From Myxococcota bacterium (GTDB lineage: Bacteria > Myxococcota_A > UBA9160 > JAFDDA01), in the NCBI GenBank assembly GCA_965228475.1, contig OZ245817.1:3520001-3584000 (forward strand): 64,000 nucleotides of DNA, read 5' to 3'. Below are positions 9,065-18,879 of this stretch, in pieces. The notes below the pieces were generated by a model that was given only the letters and a program-made list of their open reading frames with translations, did not search any database and was not told the DNA's origin. Positions within the stretch are counted from its first letter, which is position 1; every line of letters begins with the position of its first letter. The position numbers were made by a program, and so were the translations under genes.

Positions 9065-10027
9065 ATGCCGCGCCGGACCTCTGCTGCCGCCCGGGCCCTC
9101 CCCTTCCTCGTCGCCCTCGCCGTGCTCGCGCCGGCCTCGGCCGAAGCCTTCGTGATCCTGAACTACCGCTTCGAGCCGTGCACCTTCCCCTGCACGCCCG
9201 AGGTCGATCTCGAACGCTCGCTCCGCGAAGCGCCGCGCTGGGACGCCGCGCCGGGAGCGCGCTCGACCCTCGCCGACGGGATCCAGGTCGGGGTCGCGAG
9301 CGGCTTCGCGGAGACGATGGCGGCCGACACCGGCCTCGACCCGGCGCTCCTCGAACGGGGGATCGTCGACGCCTTCGCCGCCTGGAGCACGCCGGAACTC
9401 TTCTTCGACATCACCTTCGATTCGACCCCGGGGACGAACGAGATCGACCTCTTCGCGACGGACTCCCGGATCGACCCGCTCTTCCAGGGCAACGGCTTCT
9501 CCGGGCTCGCCTTCACCTACCGCAGCAACCCCGCCCCGCGGACCCTCACGAGCGGCTCGGCCGGCATCGGGCGGGTCATCACCCGAGGCGAGGTCTTCCT
9601 CGCCTTCGATCGCCTGTGGCAATCCTTCGAGCTGTGGAAGCTCGCGGGGCTCCTCTTCGAGGAGGATCGCTTCGACCGCTACGTGAATCTCCTGATCCAC
9701 GAGATCGGGCACACGCTCGGGTTCGGTCACCCGAACGAGAACCCGGACCTGAACATCGACGACGACGGCGACCCGTTCACGGTCTTCGAACCCGACGACC
9801 CGCTGAACCCGTGGGTCGGGCTCTCCCTCTCGGACAACGTCGACCCGGACGCGATCATGCGCGGCGGCATCCCCATCGTGAACTTCCGCGAAGCCTTCAC
9901 CGCCACGGAACTCTACGCCGACGACCGCTCCGGCCTGAACCTCCTCTACCCGAGCGTGCCCGAGCCGCCGCTCGCCTGGCTCCTCGGGCTCGCGCTGCTC
10001 GGGATCCGGCGATCGCGACGGGCCTGA
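9065..10027 (+). CDS. Secreted metzincin (matrixin-like) zinc protease with PEP-CTERM tail
   Basis: Signal peptide ending AEA; HEIGHTLGFGH zinc motif; Met-turn-like AIM; C-terminus VPEP + TM + RRSRR. Confidence 0.88.
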   Translation: MPRRTSAAARALPFLVALAVLAPASAEAFVILNYRFEPCTFPCTPEVDLERSLREAPRWDAAPGARSTLADGIQVGVASGFAETMAADTGLDPALLERGIVDAFAAWSTPELFFDITFDSTPGTNEIDLFATDSRIDPLFQGNGFSGLAFTYRSNPAPRTLTSGSAGIGRVITRGEVFLAFDRLWQSFELWKLAGLLFEEDRFDRYVNLLIHEIGHTLGFGHPNENPDLNIDDDGDPFTVFEPDDPLNPWVGLSLSDNVDPDAIMRGGIPIVNFREAFTATELYADDRSGLNLLYPSVPEPPLAWLLGLALLGIRRSRRA

Positions 10028-10069
10028 GACGAGGTATCCTGCCGCCCGGCACGAACGCAGGAGACTTCC

Positions 10070-10528
10070 ATGGCCACGACCTTCGAAACGCCCCACGCCC
10101 TGCTCGACGCCATCGGCACCCAGCTCGGCGAGAGCGATGCCCTCGAGATCACCCAGGAGCGCATCAATCTCTTCGCCGACGCGACGGGCGACCACCAGTG
10201 GATCCACGTCGACCCGGAACGCGCAGCCAAGGGCCCCTTCGGCAAGCCGATCGCCCACGGCTACCTGACGCTCTCCCTCGCGAGCTACTTCCTGCCCCGC
10301 ATCATCACGGTGAAGGGCATCTCGATGGGCGTGAACTACGGAACCGAGAAGGTCCGCTTTCCGGCGCCGGTTCCCGTGGGCTCGAAGGTGCGCGCCAGCG
10401 CCGAGCTCGTGAACGCCGAAGAGATCAAGGGCTGCATCCAGGCCACGGTCCGGGTCACGATGACGGTGGAAGGCAACGACCGGCCCTCCTGCGTCGTCGA
10501 CACGATCAGTCGCTACTACCCGGCCTAG
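10070..10528 (+). CDS. MaoC-family dehydratase
   Basis: FADATGDHQWIHVDPERA, IAHGYLTL, NYG..VRFPAPV; AGGAG RBS. Confidence 0.93.
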   Translation: MATTFETPHALLDAIGTQLGESDALEITQERINLFADATGDHQWIHVDPERAAKGPFGKPIAHGYLTLSLASYFLPRIITVKGISMGVNYGTEKVRFPAPVPVGSKVRASAELVNAEEIKGCIQATVRVTMTVEGNDRPSCVVDTISRYYPA

Positions 10529-11705
10529 CCGGCGCCCGCTTCGGGGCACTGGGGACGCGTGCCCACGGACGGATCGTCACCGCGAGCGGCTCGTGGTCCG
10601 AGAGCGCCTCGCCCGTCGCCGGGTCGACGGCTTCGAAGACCGCCGGAGCGGCGACGCCGACCTTGCGGGTGAGGATCCAATCGATCCGCACCGGCACGCG
10701 GCGCGATCCGCCGCCTTCGACGCGCCGGACCGTGCCCTCCCCCAGGACGTTCGCCACTTCCCAGTCGAAGCCGGCGCTCCGGGCGCGCTCGAAGAGCGGC
10801 TCGTGGCGGACCGGACGCAACAGCCGCTCGGGATCCTCGGCGAGGGCCGGCTTCAGGTGCTCCGGGTCGAAGACGTGGGCCGTCGGCATCGACATCGTGT
10901 TGAGGTCCCCGGCGACGACGGCCGGAGCCCCCGGCGCATAGGCCTCGACGGCCTCGAGCAGGGCCGAGACCTGTTCGGCCCGGTGCGCCGGGTCCGTATG
11001 GCTCTCGAGATGGACGGCCGCGACGGTCACGTCGACGCCGCCGGCGCGGACGGTCCCGAGGACCGCCATGCGCCCGCCGACCCGGGGCTCACCGCGGGCG
11101 CCGTCGAACCACTCCCCGCCCTCGTCCAACCGCACGACGGCCGGGCGCGCGATCGGCAGGGCGCTCGTGATCGCTCCCCCGTGCAGCCCGCGCGCGTTCG
11201 ACTCCCCGGCGTGCCGTTCGCGCTCTTCGGGCCCACCGAGTCCCAGCTCGAGGAACTCGACGCCGTAGACGAAGCCGTGGCCGAGGGCGCCTGCGATCTC
11301 CCTCGCCGTATGGTGGTTTCCGGTGCGCGCCATCCCGACGTCGAGCTCGGAGAGCAGCGTGACGTTCGCGCCCGTCGCAGCGATCACGGCCGCACTCTGC
11401 GCCACGTGCCGCCCGCGCTCGAGGTTCCAGACGGCCAGCCGAAGCTCGCGCGGCTCGGCGAGGCGCGCGGGCGGCGGCGCCTGCTCGACGGCGCGGAACA
11501 CGCCGAGCGCTCCTTCGAGTTCCGCGTGGACACGGGCGCCGCGCGGGCCGGCGGCGATCCGCTCCCGCTCGGCCGGATCGACCGCCGGGAACTCGCCCAC
11601 GACCTCTTCGAAGATGCGCGCCGCCACGGCGCGGAAAGCTAACGCGTCCCGGAGGGACGGACGCGAGAAGCCGCGAGGGGCGCGCACCACGCCTCTGCGG
11701 TGCAT
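10506..11705 (-). CDS. Endonuclease/exonuclease/phosphatase family protein
   Basis: WNLERG, LSELD, VHLES, AGDLNT, IDWI and SDH motifs; true start uncertain. Confidence 0.85.
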   Translation of the reverse strand: MHRRGVVRAPRGFSRPSLRDALAFRAVAARIFEEVVGEFPAVDPAERERIAAGPRGARVHAELEGALGVFRAVEQAPPPARLAEPRELRLAVWNLERGRHVAQSAAVIAATGANVTLLSELDVGMARTGNHHTAREIAGALGHGFVYGVEFLELGLGGPEERERHAGESNARGLHGGAITSALPIARPAVVRLDEGGEWFDGARGEPRVGGRMAVLGTVRAGGVDVTVAAVHLESHTDPAHRAEQVSALLEAVEAYAPGAPAVVAGDLNTMSMPTAHVFDPEHLKPALAEDPERLLRPVRHEPLFERARSAGFDWEVANVLGEGTVRRVEGGGSRRVPVRIDWILTRKVGVAAPAVFEAVDPATGEALSDHEPLAVTIRPWARVPSAPKRAPARPGSSD

Positions 11706-11983
11706 TCATTCGCACTCGCGCCCGGGCTCTGTTAGGTTCCCCGCGAAGGTCGTCCGATCGGTTCACAGCCGCTGGCCTGACCCGCCTGTCCTGTTTTCCT
11801 CTCGAATCAACCTTCCGCTGTTTCCGGCATGGGCTCTGGCCTCGAACCGCTTTGGCCTCGGCTTTGGCCCCGAGCTGGAAACGCGGGTTTCATCGCAACG
11901 GGACGCTTCGGACCGGACAGTCCGCGAGGAAGCGTCGCCACCGCCGTGCGGCGCCAGCGCCGAGCACGGCAAGGATCGAGAGT

Positions 11984-12262
11984 TTGAAGAAGCTTTACGT
12001 CGGAAACCTTCCTTTCAGCGTGGACGAGAACGAGCTGCGGGGCGTCTTCGAACGCTACGGCAGCGTCGAGTCGGTCGCGGTCATCACCGACCGGGAGACC
12101 GGCCGGCCGCGCGGCTTCGCTTTCGTCGAGATGTCCGAGGCGAGCGCCGCGGACGAGGCCATCCGGGCCCTCGACGGCAGCGACATGGGAGGCCGCAACC
12201 TGCGCGTCAACGAAGCGCAGGACAAGCGCCGCGGTGGCGGCGGAGGTGGCGGGCGCTACTAG
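11984..12262 (+). CDS. Glycine-tailed RRM RNA-binding protein
   Basis: TTG start; RNP2 LYVGNL, RNP1 RGFAFVEM, LRVNEA, C-terminal GGGGGGGRY. Confidence 0.95.
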   Translation: MKKLYVGNLPFSVDENELRGVFERYGSVESVAVITDRETGRPRGFAFVEMSEASAADEAIRALDGSDMGGRNLRVNEAQDKRRGGGGGGGRY

Positions 12263-12277
12263 CGCTCTCAGGATTCG

Positions 12278-12323
12278 CCCGGGAGGCCTGGCCTCCCGGG
12301 CCCCGGAGGCCCAGCCTCCGGGG
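12278..12323. terminator. Two back-to-back GC hairpins after the RRM gene (terminator or mRNA-stability element)
   Basis: CCCGGGAGGC-CTG-GCCTCCCGGG followed immediately by CCCCGGAGGC-CCA-GCCTCCGGGG; no U tract. Confidence 0.55.
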
Positions 12324-12358
12324 AGTCGTCTGGTTCGGAATCTCGTCGGGGGGCAACC

Positions 12359-12568
12359 ATGGCACGTCGCAGCCGCATGTCGGTCCAGAAACGGAAGCGT
12401 GAACGGGACAAGGCCGAACGCGCCGCAATGAAGCGTGAGGGCCGCCTGCGCGATGACGAAGGGGCGGAAGGCTCGGGGAACGAGTCGGCCGTGGCCACCC
12501 ACGACGATCTCGAAGGCTACGGTTTGATCGTCGAGCCCGAAGACGTCGAAGAAGCGGAGCAGAAGTAG
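12359..12568 (+). CDS. Small hypothetical protein, basic N-half and acidic C-half
   Basis: ATG after a G-rich RBS; protein-like composition (MARRSRMSVQKRKRERDK...). Confidence 0.7.
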   Translation: MARRSRMSVQKRKRERDKAERAAMKREGRLRDDEGAEGSGNESAVATHDDLEGYGLIVEPEDVEEAEQK

Positions 12569-12569
12569 C

Positions 12570-12785
12570 GTGGCGGTCCCGGCCCGCCGCACGGAGCCCG
12601 CACGAGACGAACGCGTCGCGCCCAAGCGCGTGACGCAACTGGTCCCGTGCGATGGTCACGCCTTCGATCCGGACCTCGTCTGCCCCTGTGGCATCACCTG
12701 GTCCGAGCATCAGGCCACCCCGCGGGCCTGCACGCGGAGCGCCCAGCGCAACCGCGCGGGCGACGGCACCGGCGAAGACCGGTAG
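12570..12785 (+). CDS. Small Cys/His-containing hypothetical protein
   Basis: Starts 1 nt after the previous stop; CDGH..CPCG..WSEH..C pattern. Confidence 0.5.
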   Translation: MAVPARRTEPARDERVAPKRVTQLVPCDGHAFDPDLVCPCGITWSEHQATPRACTRSAQRNRAGDGTGEDR

Positions 12786-12794
12786 CCACCCCCT

Positions 12795-13661
12795 CTAGAC
12801 TTTCGAAATCACCTCGTCGCCGAAGCGGAGCATCGCATCTCGCTTCTGCGCGGGCGTGCTGGTCGGCCCGAGCGTGTAGCTGAAGGGCCAGCAGGTCGTG
12901 GCGGTCATGCCCTCGTCGCCGAGCTTGCGAAGCAGCTCGAGGTCCGGCGGCACCGTGAGCGGAACGATCGTCTCGAAGGGTTCGCCGCTGCGCCCCGCTT
13001 CCTCGCGAAGGCCGCGAAGCTGCTCGAGGATCCCGGGCACCTCGTCCGGGGCCTGGCCGGTGCCGATCCAGCCGTCGCCGAGCGCCGCGGCGCGCTTGAA
13101 GGCGGCCCGCGAGACGCCGCCGACGCAGATCGGCACGCCGACCCCGGGCGCCGGCGTCATCTGGAAGGAGCCGATCCGGAAGTGCTCGCCCCAGTGCTCG
13201 GACATCTCCCCCGTCCAGGCCTTGCGCATCACCTCGAACATCTCGTTCATGCGCTTGCCGCGGGTCTCGAACCGCACGCCGAGGGCGTCGTACTCCTCGC
13301 GGATCCAGCCGGCGCCGACGCCGAGCATCACGCGGCCGCCCGACATGCGCGCGACGTTGCCCACCGTCTTCGCCACCTCGAGCGGATGCCGGAGCGGCAG
13401 GATGTAGACCATCGTGCCGAAGCGCAGGCGCTCGGTGACCGCCGCCATCGCCGCGATGGTGGTCCACGGCTCCGGGAACGGCGAGTCGCCGTCGAAGGCG
13501 GGCTTCCCGTCGTCGGAGTACGGGTAGTGGGATTCGAGCTTCCCCGGAAAGAACAGGTGGTCTGAAAGGAGGACCCCCTCGAAGCCCGCCTCCTCGGCAC
13601 CGCGCGCGATGTCGAGGAGCTGATCGGGCTCGGCGAAGGACGCGACCTGCCAGAACTTCAT
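12795..13661 (-). CDS. LLM-class (probably F420-dependent) oxidoreductase
   Basis: MKFWQ start; SDHL, EPWTTIAAMAAVT, LPLRHP, GAGWIREEY, GDGWI. Confidence 0.9.
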   Translation of the reverse strand: MKFWQVASFAEPDQLLDIARGAEEAGFEGVLLSDHLFFPGKLESHYPYSDDGKPAFDGDSPFPEPWTTIAAMAAVTERLRFGTMVYILPLRHPLEVAKTVGNVARMSGGRVMLGVGAGWIREEYDALGVRFETRGKRMNEMFEVMRKAWTGEMSEHWGEHFRIGSFQMTPAPGVGVPICVGGVSRAAFKRAAALGDGWIGTGQAPDEVPGILEQLRGLREEAGRSGEPFETIVPLTVPPDLELLRKLGDEGMTATTCWPFSYTLGPTSTPAQKRDAMLRFGDEVISKV

Positions 13662-13669
13662 GGGGGCTC

Positions 13670-14455
13670 CTAGGGGTGTTGGCTCGAGACCGAGACGACC
13701 TCGCCCGTCATGTAGGACGAGTACCCGCTCGCGAGGAAGACGATCACGTTGGCGACCTCCCAGACCTCGGCGCCGCGGCCGAAGGCCTCGCGCGCCTCGA
13801 GCTCGTCGAGGAGCTCCTGGGGCGTCACCTTGGCGAGGAAGGGATGCGTGGCGAGGCTCGGGGCGACCGCGTTGATGCGCACGCCGTGCTCCGCCGCCTC
13901 GAGCGCCGAGCAGCGGGTCAATGCCATCACGCCGGCCTTGGCCGCCGCGTAGTGGGCCTGCCCCTTCTGCGCGCGCCAGCCGAGCACCGAGGCGTTGTTC
14001 ACGATCACGCCGGCGCCGCGCTCGATCATGTGCGGGAGCATCGCGCGCGTCATGCGGAAGGTCCCGGTGAGCGTGATCTCGAGGACGTCGTACCACTGGG
14101 CGTCCGTCATCTCGACGACGTTCGCGGTGCCGCCGAGGCCCGCGTTGTTCACCAGCACGTCGACGTGGCCGAGCTCCTCGATCGCGCCCGCGATGAGCGC
14201 CTGCACGCCCTCCTCTTCCCGGACGTTGCACAGACGGCTCGGGGGCGGCGCACCGGCCACCTCCGCGAGACGCTCGACGGCCTCCCCCAGCCGCCGCTCG
14301 TGGATGTCGCTCACCAACACGCGCGCGCCCTCTTCCAGGCAGCGCTTCGCGGTGGCGAAGCCGATCCCCGTCCCCGCCGCGGCGGTGACGAGGACGTTCT
14401 TCCCGGCGAGCAGGTCGTGCCCGGGCTCGTAGGGCGGCGGCGGTTGCGGGCTCAT
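13670..14455 (-). CDS. ipdF: SDR, IpdF (Rv3559c)-like, steroid C/D-ring (HIP) catabolism
   Basis: Characteristic GHDLLAGK.VLVTAAAGTGIG, NNASVLGWRAQ.GQAHYAAAK and C-terminal VSVSSQHP; adjacent to fadE30/fadD3-like genes. Confidence 0.8.
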   Translation of the reverse strand: MSPQPPPPYEPGHDLLAGKNVLVTAAAGTGIGFATAKRCLEEGARVLVSDIHERRLGEAVERLAEVAGAPPPSRLCNVREEEGVQALIAGAIEELGHVDVLVNNAGLGGTANVVEMTDAQWYDVLEITLTGTFRMTRAMLPHMIERGAGVIVNNASVLGWRAQKGQAHYAAAKAGVMALTRCSALEAAEHGVRINAVAPSLATHPFLAKVTPQELLDELEAREAFGRGAEVWEVANVIVFLASGYSSYMTGEVVSVSSQHP

Positions 14456-14474
14456 GCGGTCCTCGCTGCGGAGT

Positions 14475-15671
14475 TCATGCGGGCCTCGGTTCGCGCGGCA
14501 GCCCGAGCGAACGCTCCGCGATGAGGTTGCGCTGGATCTGGTTCGTGCCCGCGTAGATCGTGTCCGAGCGGGTGAAGAGGAAGAGGCGCTGGAGCCGGGA
14601 GAGGCCGTCGGCGTCCGTCACTTCGGCCTCGGCGCCGAGCACGTCCATGGCGAGCTTGCCGAGCTCCCGGTGCCAGGTGGCCCAGAAGATCTTGGTGATC
14701 ATCGCGCCGCGCGGCGGCGCGGCATCGGCCGAGTGCGAGACCGTGCGCAGGGCGTTGTAGCGCTGGATGCGCAGGCCCATCCAGGCCTGGGCGATTCGCT
14801 GGCGGATCCGCGGGTCGCGGGCCTTGCCGTTGCGCTTCGCGATCTCGATCACCTGGTCGAGCTCGTTCTGGAAGAGCATCTGCTGGCCGAGCGTCGAGGC
14901 GCCGCGCTCGAAGGCGAGCGTCGCGTTCGCGACCTTCCAGCCGCCGTTCACCTCGCCGACGACGTTCTCGCGCGCGGTCCGCACGCCGTTGAAGAAGACC
15001 TCGCTGAACTCGCTGTCGCCGGTGATCTGGCGGATCGGGCGGATCTCGATGCCCTCGGCGTCCATCGGGACCAGCAGGTAGGAGATGCCGGCCTGCTTCG
15101 GCTTCGCCTCCGGGTCGGTCCGGCACAGCACGAAGCACCAGTCGCTCCACTGGGCCCAGGAGGTCCAAACCTTCTGGCCGTCGATCACCCACTCGTCGCC
15201 ATCGAGCACCGCGCGGGTCTGCACGTTCGCGAGATCCGAGCCCGCGTTCGGTTCGGAGTAGCCCTGGCACCAGAACTCCTTGCCCCTCAGGATCGGCGGA
15301 AGGAAGCGCCGCTTCTGCTCGTCGCTCCCGCAGAGCAGGACGGTCGGGCCGAGCAGCCCCTCACCGATGTGCCCCATTCGGCCGGGCGCGTGGGCGCGGG
15401 CGTACTCCTCGTAGAAGATCATTTGCTGGGAAAGCGGAAGGTCCCGGCCGCCGACGTCCGCGCCCGGAATCTCCCGGGGCCAGCCGAGGCCGATCCAGCC
15501 GGCCGCGCCAAGGGCGCGCTCGAAGGCCTTGCGCTCCTCGACGAAGGCGTGTTCGTCGCCGGGGCCGCCCCGGCCGCGCAGCTCGGCGAACTCGCCGGCC
15601 AGGGCGTGCTCGAGCCAGCCGCGCACCTCGCTTCGGAAGTCTTCGTCTTCCTTCGAGAATCGGACGTCCAG
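14475..15671 (-). CDS. Acyl-CoA dehydrogenase, FadE30/IpdE1-like
   Basis: WCQGYSEPNAGSDL, GQKVWTS, FERG, SDTIYAGTNQIQRN. The family-like N-terminus (xDVRFSKEDEDFR) begins at CTG 15671 behind GGAGG; the ORF track gives 15755. Confidence 0.9.
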   Translation of the reverse strand: MDVRFSKEDEDFRSEVRGWLEHALAGEFAELRGRGGPGDEHAFVEERKAFERALGAAGWIGLGWPREIPGADVGGRDLPLSQQMIFYEEYARAHAPGRMGHIGEGLLGPTVLLCGSDEQKRRFLPPILRGKEFWCQGYSEPNAGSDLANVQTRAVLDGDEWVIDGQKVWTSWAQWSDWCFVLCRTDPEAKPKQAGISYLLVPMDAEGIEIRPIRQITGDSEFSEVFFNGVRTARENVVGEVNGGWKVANATLAFERGASTLGQQMLFQNELDQVIEIAKRNGKARDPRIRQRIAQAWMGLRIQRYNALRTVSHSADAAPPRGAMITKIFWATWHRELGKLAMDVLGAEAEVTDADGLSRLQRLFLFTRSDTIYAGTNQIQRNLIAERSLGLPREPRPA

Positions 15672-15728
15672 GGGAGAGCCTCCGCGGGCCCGCCCCCAGG
15701 GTTCGGGGCCGGGATCCGCGGAGGGAGA

Positions 15729-15751
15729 ATACGATACGATACGATCCGTAT
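15729..15751. promoter_or_regulatory. Putative TetR operator ATACG-N3-CGTAT with extra ATACG repeats, in the divergent fadE30/fadD3 promoter
   Basis: ATACG ATACG ATACG ATC CGTAT; the same motif occurs at 24115 and 57412. Confidence 0.75.
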
Positions 15752-15790
15752 GCAAGGCGCCCGGAGGCGCCCTGCGCCGCCGGAGGCCCC

Positions 15791-17359
15791 TTGGAATCCA
15801 CGATCCCCCGCCTGCTCTTCGCCTCGGCCGAGCGCTTCGGCGCTGCCCACGCCATCGAGGACGGCCCGACCACGCTCACCTTCCGCGAGCTCGCGGAGCG
15901 CAGCACCCGCGCTTGCCGGGCGCTCCTCGCCTTCGGCCTCGAACCCGGGGAGCGGGTCGCGATCTGGGCACCGAACCGTTGGGAGTGGGTCGTGGCCGCG
16001 CTCGGCGTGCAGATGGCCGGCGGCGCGATCGTCACCCTGAACACACGCTACAAGGGCAGCGAAGCGGCCTACCAAATTCGCAAGTGCCGCACGCGCGTGC
16101 TGTTCACCGTCGGCGAGTTCCTCGACTTCCGCTACGTAGACGCCCTGGCCGAGCAGGACGTGCCGGCCCTCGAGCGCATCGTCACCTTCGACGGCGATGC
16201 GGCCGGGGCGCAGTCCTTCGAGGCCTTCCTCGCCGAGGGCGACGCGGTCCCGGCCGAGGCCGCCCGCGAGCGCGCGCTCTCCGTCGATCCGGAGGACGTC
16301 GCGGACCTGATCTTCACCTCGGGCACCACCGGCCACCCGAAGGCCGTGATGGCCACGCACCACCAGAACCTGCGGAGCTTCGAGGTGTGGAGCACCGTCG
16401 TCGGCCTGCGCGAAGGCGACCGCTACCTGATCGTGAACCCGTTCTTCCATTCCTTCGGGTACAAGGCCGGCTGGCTCGCCTGCCTGATGATGGGCGCGAC
16501 CGCCCTGCCCCACCCGGTCTTCGACGTGGGCCAGGTGCTCGAACGCATCGGCAAGGAGCGCATCACGGCGATCCCGGGCGCGCCGAGCCTCTACCAGTCC
16601 CTGCTCGCCCACCCGGACTACGCGCGATTCGACCTCTCGAGCCTGCGCCTCGCGGTGACCGGCGCCGCGCCGATCCCCGTCGAACTGATCGAACGCATGC
16701 GCACGGAGCTCGGCTTCGAGACCGTCGTGACGGCCTACGGCTTGACCGAAGCGACGGGCACCGTCTCCATCTGCGACCCGACGGACGACCCGGAGACGAT
16801 CTCGACGACCTCCGGCAAGCCCATCCCCGACATCGAGGTGAAGTGCGTCGACGAAGCGGGCCGTGAAGTTCCGCGCGGCGAGCCGGGCGAGATCTGGGTG
16901 CGCGGCTACAACGTCATGAAGGGCTACTTCGAGGACGAAGCCGCCACGCGCGAGGCGATCGACCCGGAGGGCTGGCTCCACACCGGTGACATCGCCACGA
17001 TGGACGAGCGCGGCTACCTGACCATCACCGACCGCCTGAAGGACATGTTCATCATGGGCGGCTTCAACTGCTATCCGGCGGAGATCGAGAGCCTGCTCTT
17101 CGAGATGCCGGGCGTCGCCCAGGCCGCGGTGATCGGCGTCCCGGACGAGCGCATGGGCGAGGTCGGCATGGCCTTCGTCGTCCCGAACGCCGGCGCCGAG
17201 CTCGACGAGGCCGGGGTCGTCGCCTGGGCACGCGAGCACATGGCGAACTTCAAGGTGCCCCGGCACGTCGCGATCCTCGAAGCGCTGCCGATGAACCTCT
17301 CGGGCAAGGTGCTGAAGAACGAGCTGCGCGAGGAAGCGGCGCGCCGGCTCGGGGCCTGA
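15791..17359 (+). CDS. fadD3: Acyl-CoA synthetase, FadD3 (HIP-CoA ligase)-like
   Basis: FTSGTTGHPK, NPFFHSFGYKAG, TAYGLTE, LHTGD, DRLKDMFIMGGFNCYPAE, GKVLK; TTG start after GGAGG. Confidence 0.82.
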   Translation: MESTIPRLLFASAERFGAAHAIEDGPTTLTFRELAERSTRACRALLAFGLEPGERVAIWAPNRWEWVVAALGVQMAGGAIVTLNTRYKGSEAAYQIRKCRTRVLFTVGEFLDFRYVDALAEQDVPALERIVTFDGDAAGAQSFEAFLAEGDAVPAEAARERALSVDPEDVADLIFTSGTTGHPKAVMATHHQNLRSFEVWSTVVGLREGDRYLIVNPFFHSFGYKAGWLACLMMGATALPHPVFDVGQVLERIGKERITAIPGAPSLYQSLLAHPDYARFDLSSLRLAVTGAAPIPVELIERMRTELGFETVVTAYGLTEATGTVSICDPTDDPETISTTSGKPIPDIEVKCVDEAGREVPRGEPGEIWVRGYNVMKGYFEDEAATREAIDPEGWLHTGDIATMDERGYLTITDRLKDMFIMGGFNCYPAEIESLLFEMPGVAQAAVIGVPDERMGEVGMAFVVPNAGAELDEAGVVAWAREHMANFKVPRHVAILEALPMNLSGKVLKNELREEAARRLGA

Positions 17360-17367
17360 ACCGCTCG

Positions 17368-18879
17368 GTGGCGGACGGGGCCCTCGATACGTCGAGTCTC
17401 TGGCGGCTCGTCGAGACGCGCGCGGCCACGACCCCCGAAGCGCTCTTCGCCGTCGACGAGGCCGGCCGCGCCCTCACCTTCGCCGAGTACCACGAGCGCG
17501 CGCTCGGCGTCGCCGCCGCCCTCCACGCCGAAGGGCTCTCCTCCGGCGACGTCGTGTCCTGGCAGCTCCCGACGAACCTCGAAGCCCTGATCCTCTCCGC
17601 GGCCCTCGCCCGCGTCGGCGCCGTGCAGAACCCGATCCTCCCGATCTATCGCCAGCGCGAGGTCGGCTTCGTCGTGAGGCAGGCGGGCGCGAAGCGCCTC
17701 GCCGTCCCCGAGACGTTCCGCGGCTTCGCCCACGGCGCGATGGCGCGTGCGATCGCGGAGGACCTCCCCGGCCTGGAGCCGTGGATCGTCGGCGAGACGC
17801 TCCCCACGGGCGACCCGTCGAGCCTTCCGCCGTACGAAGCCCCCGGGCCGCGCGACACCCGCTTTCTCTTCTACACGTCGGGAACCACGGCGGATCCGAA
17901 GGGCGCCCGGCATTCGGACGCGACGCTGCTGGCGGTCGGCCGCGCTCTACACGAACGGCTCGCACTCGAGAGCGACGATCGCATCGCCCTCGTCTTTCCT
18001 TTCACCCACGTCGGCGGCGTCGGCTGGCTGCTCGCAGGGCTCCTTGCCGGCTGCGCGCAGATCGTGATTCCGACCTTCGGACCGGAGGCGATCTCGGTGC
18101 TGGCCCGCCACGGCGTCACCCAGGGAACGGCGGGCACGGCCTTCCACCAGGCCTACCTCGCCGCCCAGCGCGAGCGCGGCGGGGAACCGGTCTTCCCGCG
18201 CATCCGCACCTTCCCCGGCGGCGGCGCCCCGAAACCTCCCGCCCTGCACTACGAGATCAAGCGCGAGCTCGGCGGCGCCGGCATCGTCTCCGGCTACGGC
18301 CTCACCGAATGCCCCATCGCGACCATGGGCGCCGCCGACGACCCGGACGAGCGCCTCGCCGAAACCGAAGGCCGCGCCACCCGCGGCGTCGAGATCCGCA
18401 CGAGCCCCGAAGGCGAGATCCGCCTGAAGGGCCCGCAGCTCTGCCTCGGCTACCTCGACCCTGCCCTCGACGCCGCCGCCTTCGACGAAGCGGGCTTCTT
18501 CAAGACCGGCGACCTCGGCCACCTCACCGAGGACGGCTACCTCGTCGTCACCGGGCGACTGAAGGACGTCATCATCCGCAAGGGCGAGAACATCAGCGCC
18601 AAGGAGATCGAAGACCTCCTGCACGAGCACCCGAAGGTCGCGGAGTGCGCGGTCGTCGGCCTGCCCGACCCCGCGAGCGGCGAACGCGCCTGCGCCGTGG
18701 TGGTCGCCTCGGATCCGAGTTCGCCCCTCTCCTTCGAAGAGATGGAGAGCTTCCTCCGCGAGCGCGAGCTGATGACCCAGAAGATCCCGGAGCAGCTCGA
18801 GACCCTCGACGTGCTCCCCCGGAACCCGACGGGCAAGGTCCTGAAGCATGCGCTCCGGGAACGCTTCGAGCGCGCCTAG
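17368..18879 (+). CDS. AMP-binding acyl-CoA ligase
   Basis: YTSGTTADPKG, SGYGLTE, FKTGDLG, GRLKDVIIRKGEN, GKVLK. Confidence 0.92.
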   Translation: MADGALDTSSLWRLVETRAATTPEALFAVDEAGRALTFAEYHERALGVAAALHAEGLSSGDVVSWQLPTNLEALILSAALARVGAVQNPILPIYRQREVGFVVRQAGAKRLAVPETFRGFAHGAMARAIAEDLPGLEPWIVGETLPTGDPSSLPPYEAPGPRDTRFLFYTSGTTADPKGARHSDATLLAVGRALHERLALESDDRIALVFPFTHVGGVGWLLAGLLAGCAQIVIPTFGPEAISVLARHGVTQGTAGTAFHQAYLAAQRERGGEPVFPRIRTFPGGGAPKPPALHYEIKRELGGAGIVSGYGLTECPIATMGAADDPDERLAETEGRATRGVEIRTSPEGEIRLKGPQLCLGYLDPALDAAAFDEAGFFKTGDLGHLTEDGYLVVTGRLKDVIIRKGENISAKEIEDLLHEHPKVAECAVVGLPDPASGERACAVVVASDPSSPLSFEEMESFLRERELMTQKIPEQLETLDVLPRNPTGKVLKHALRERFERA

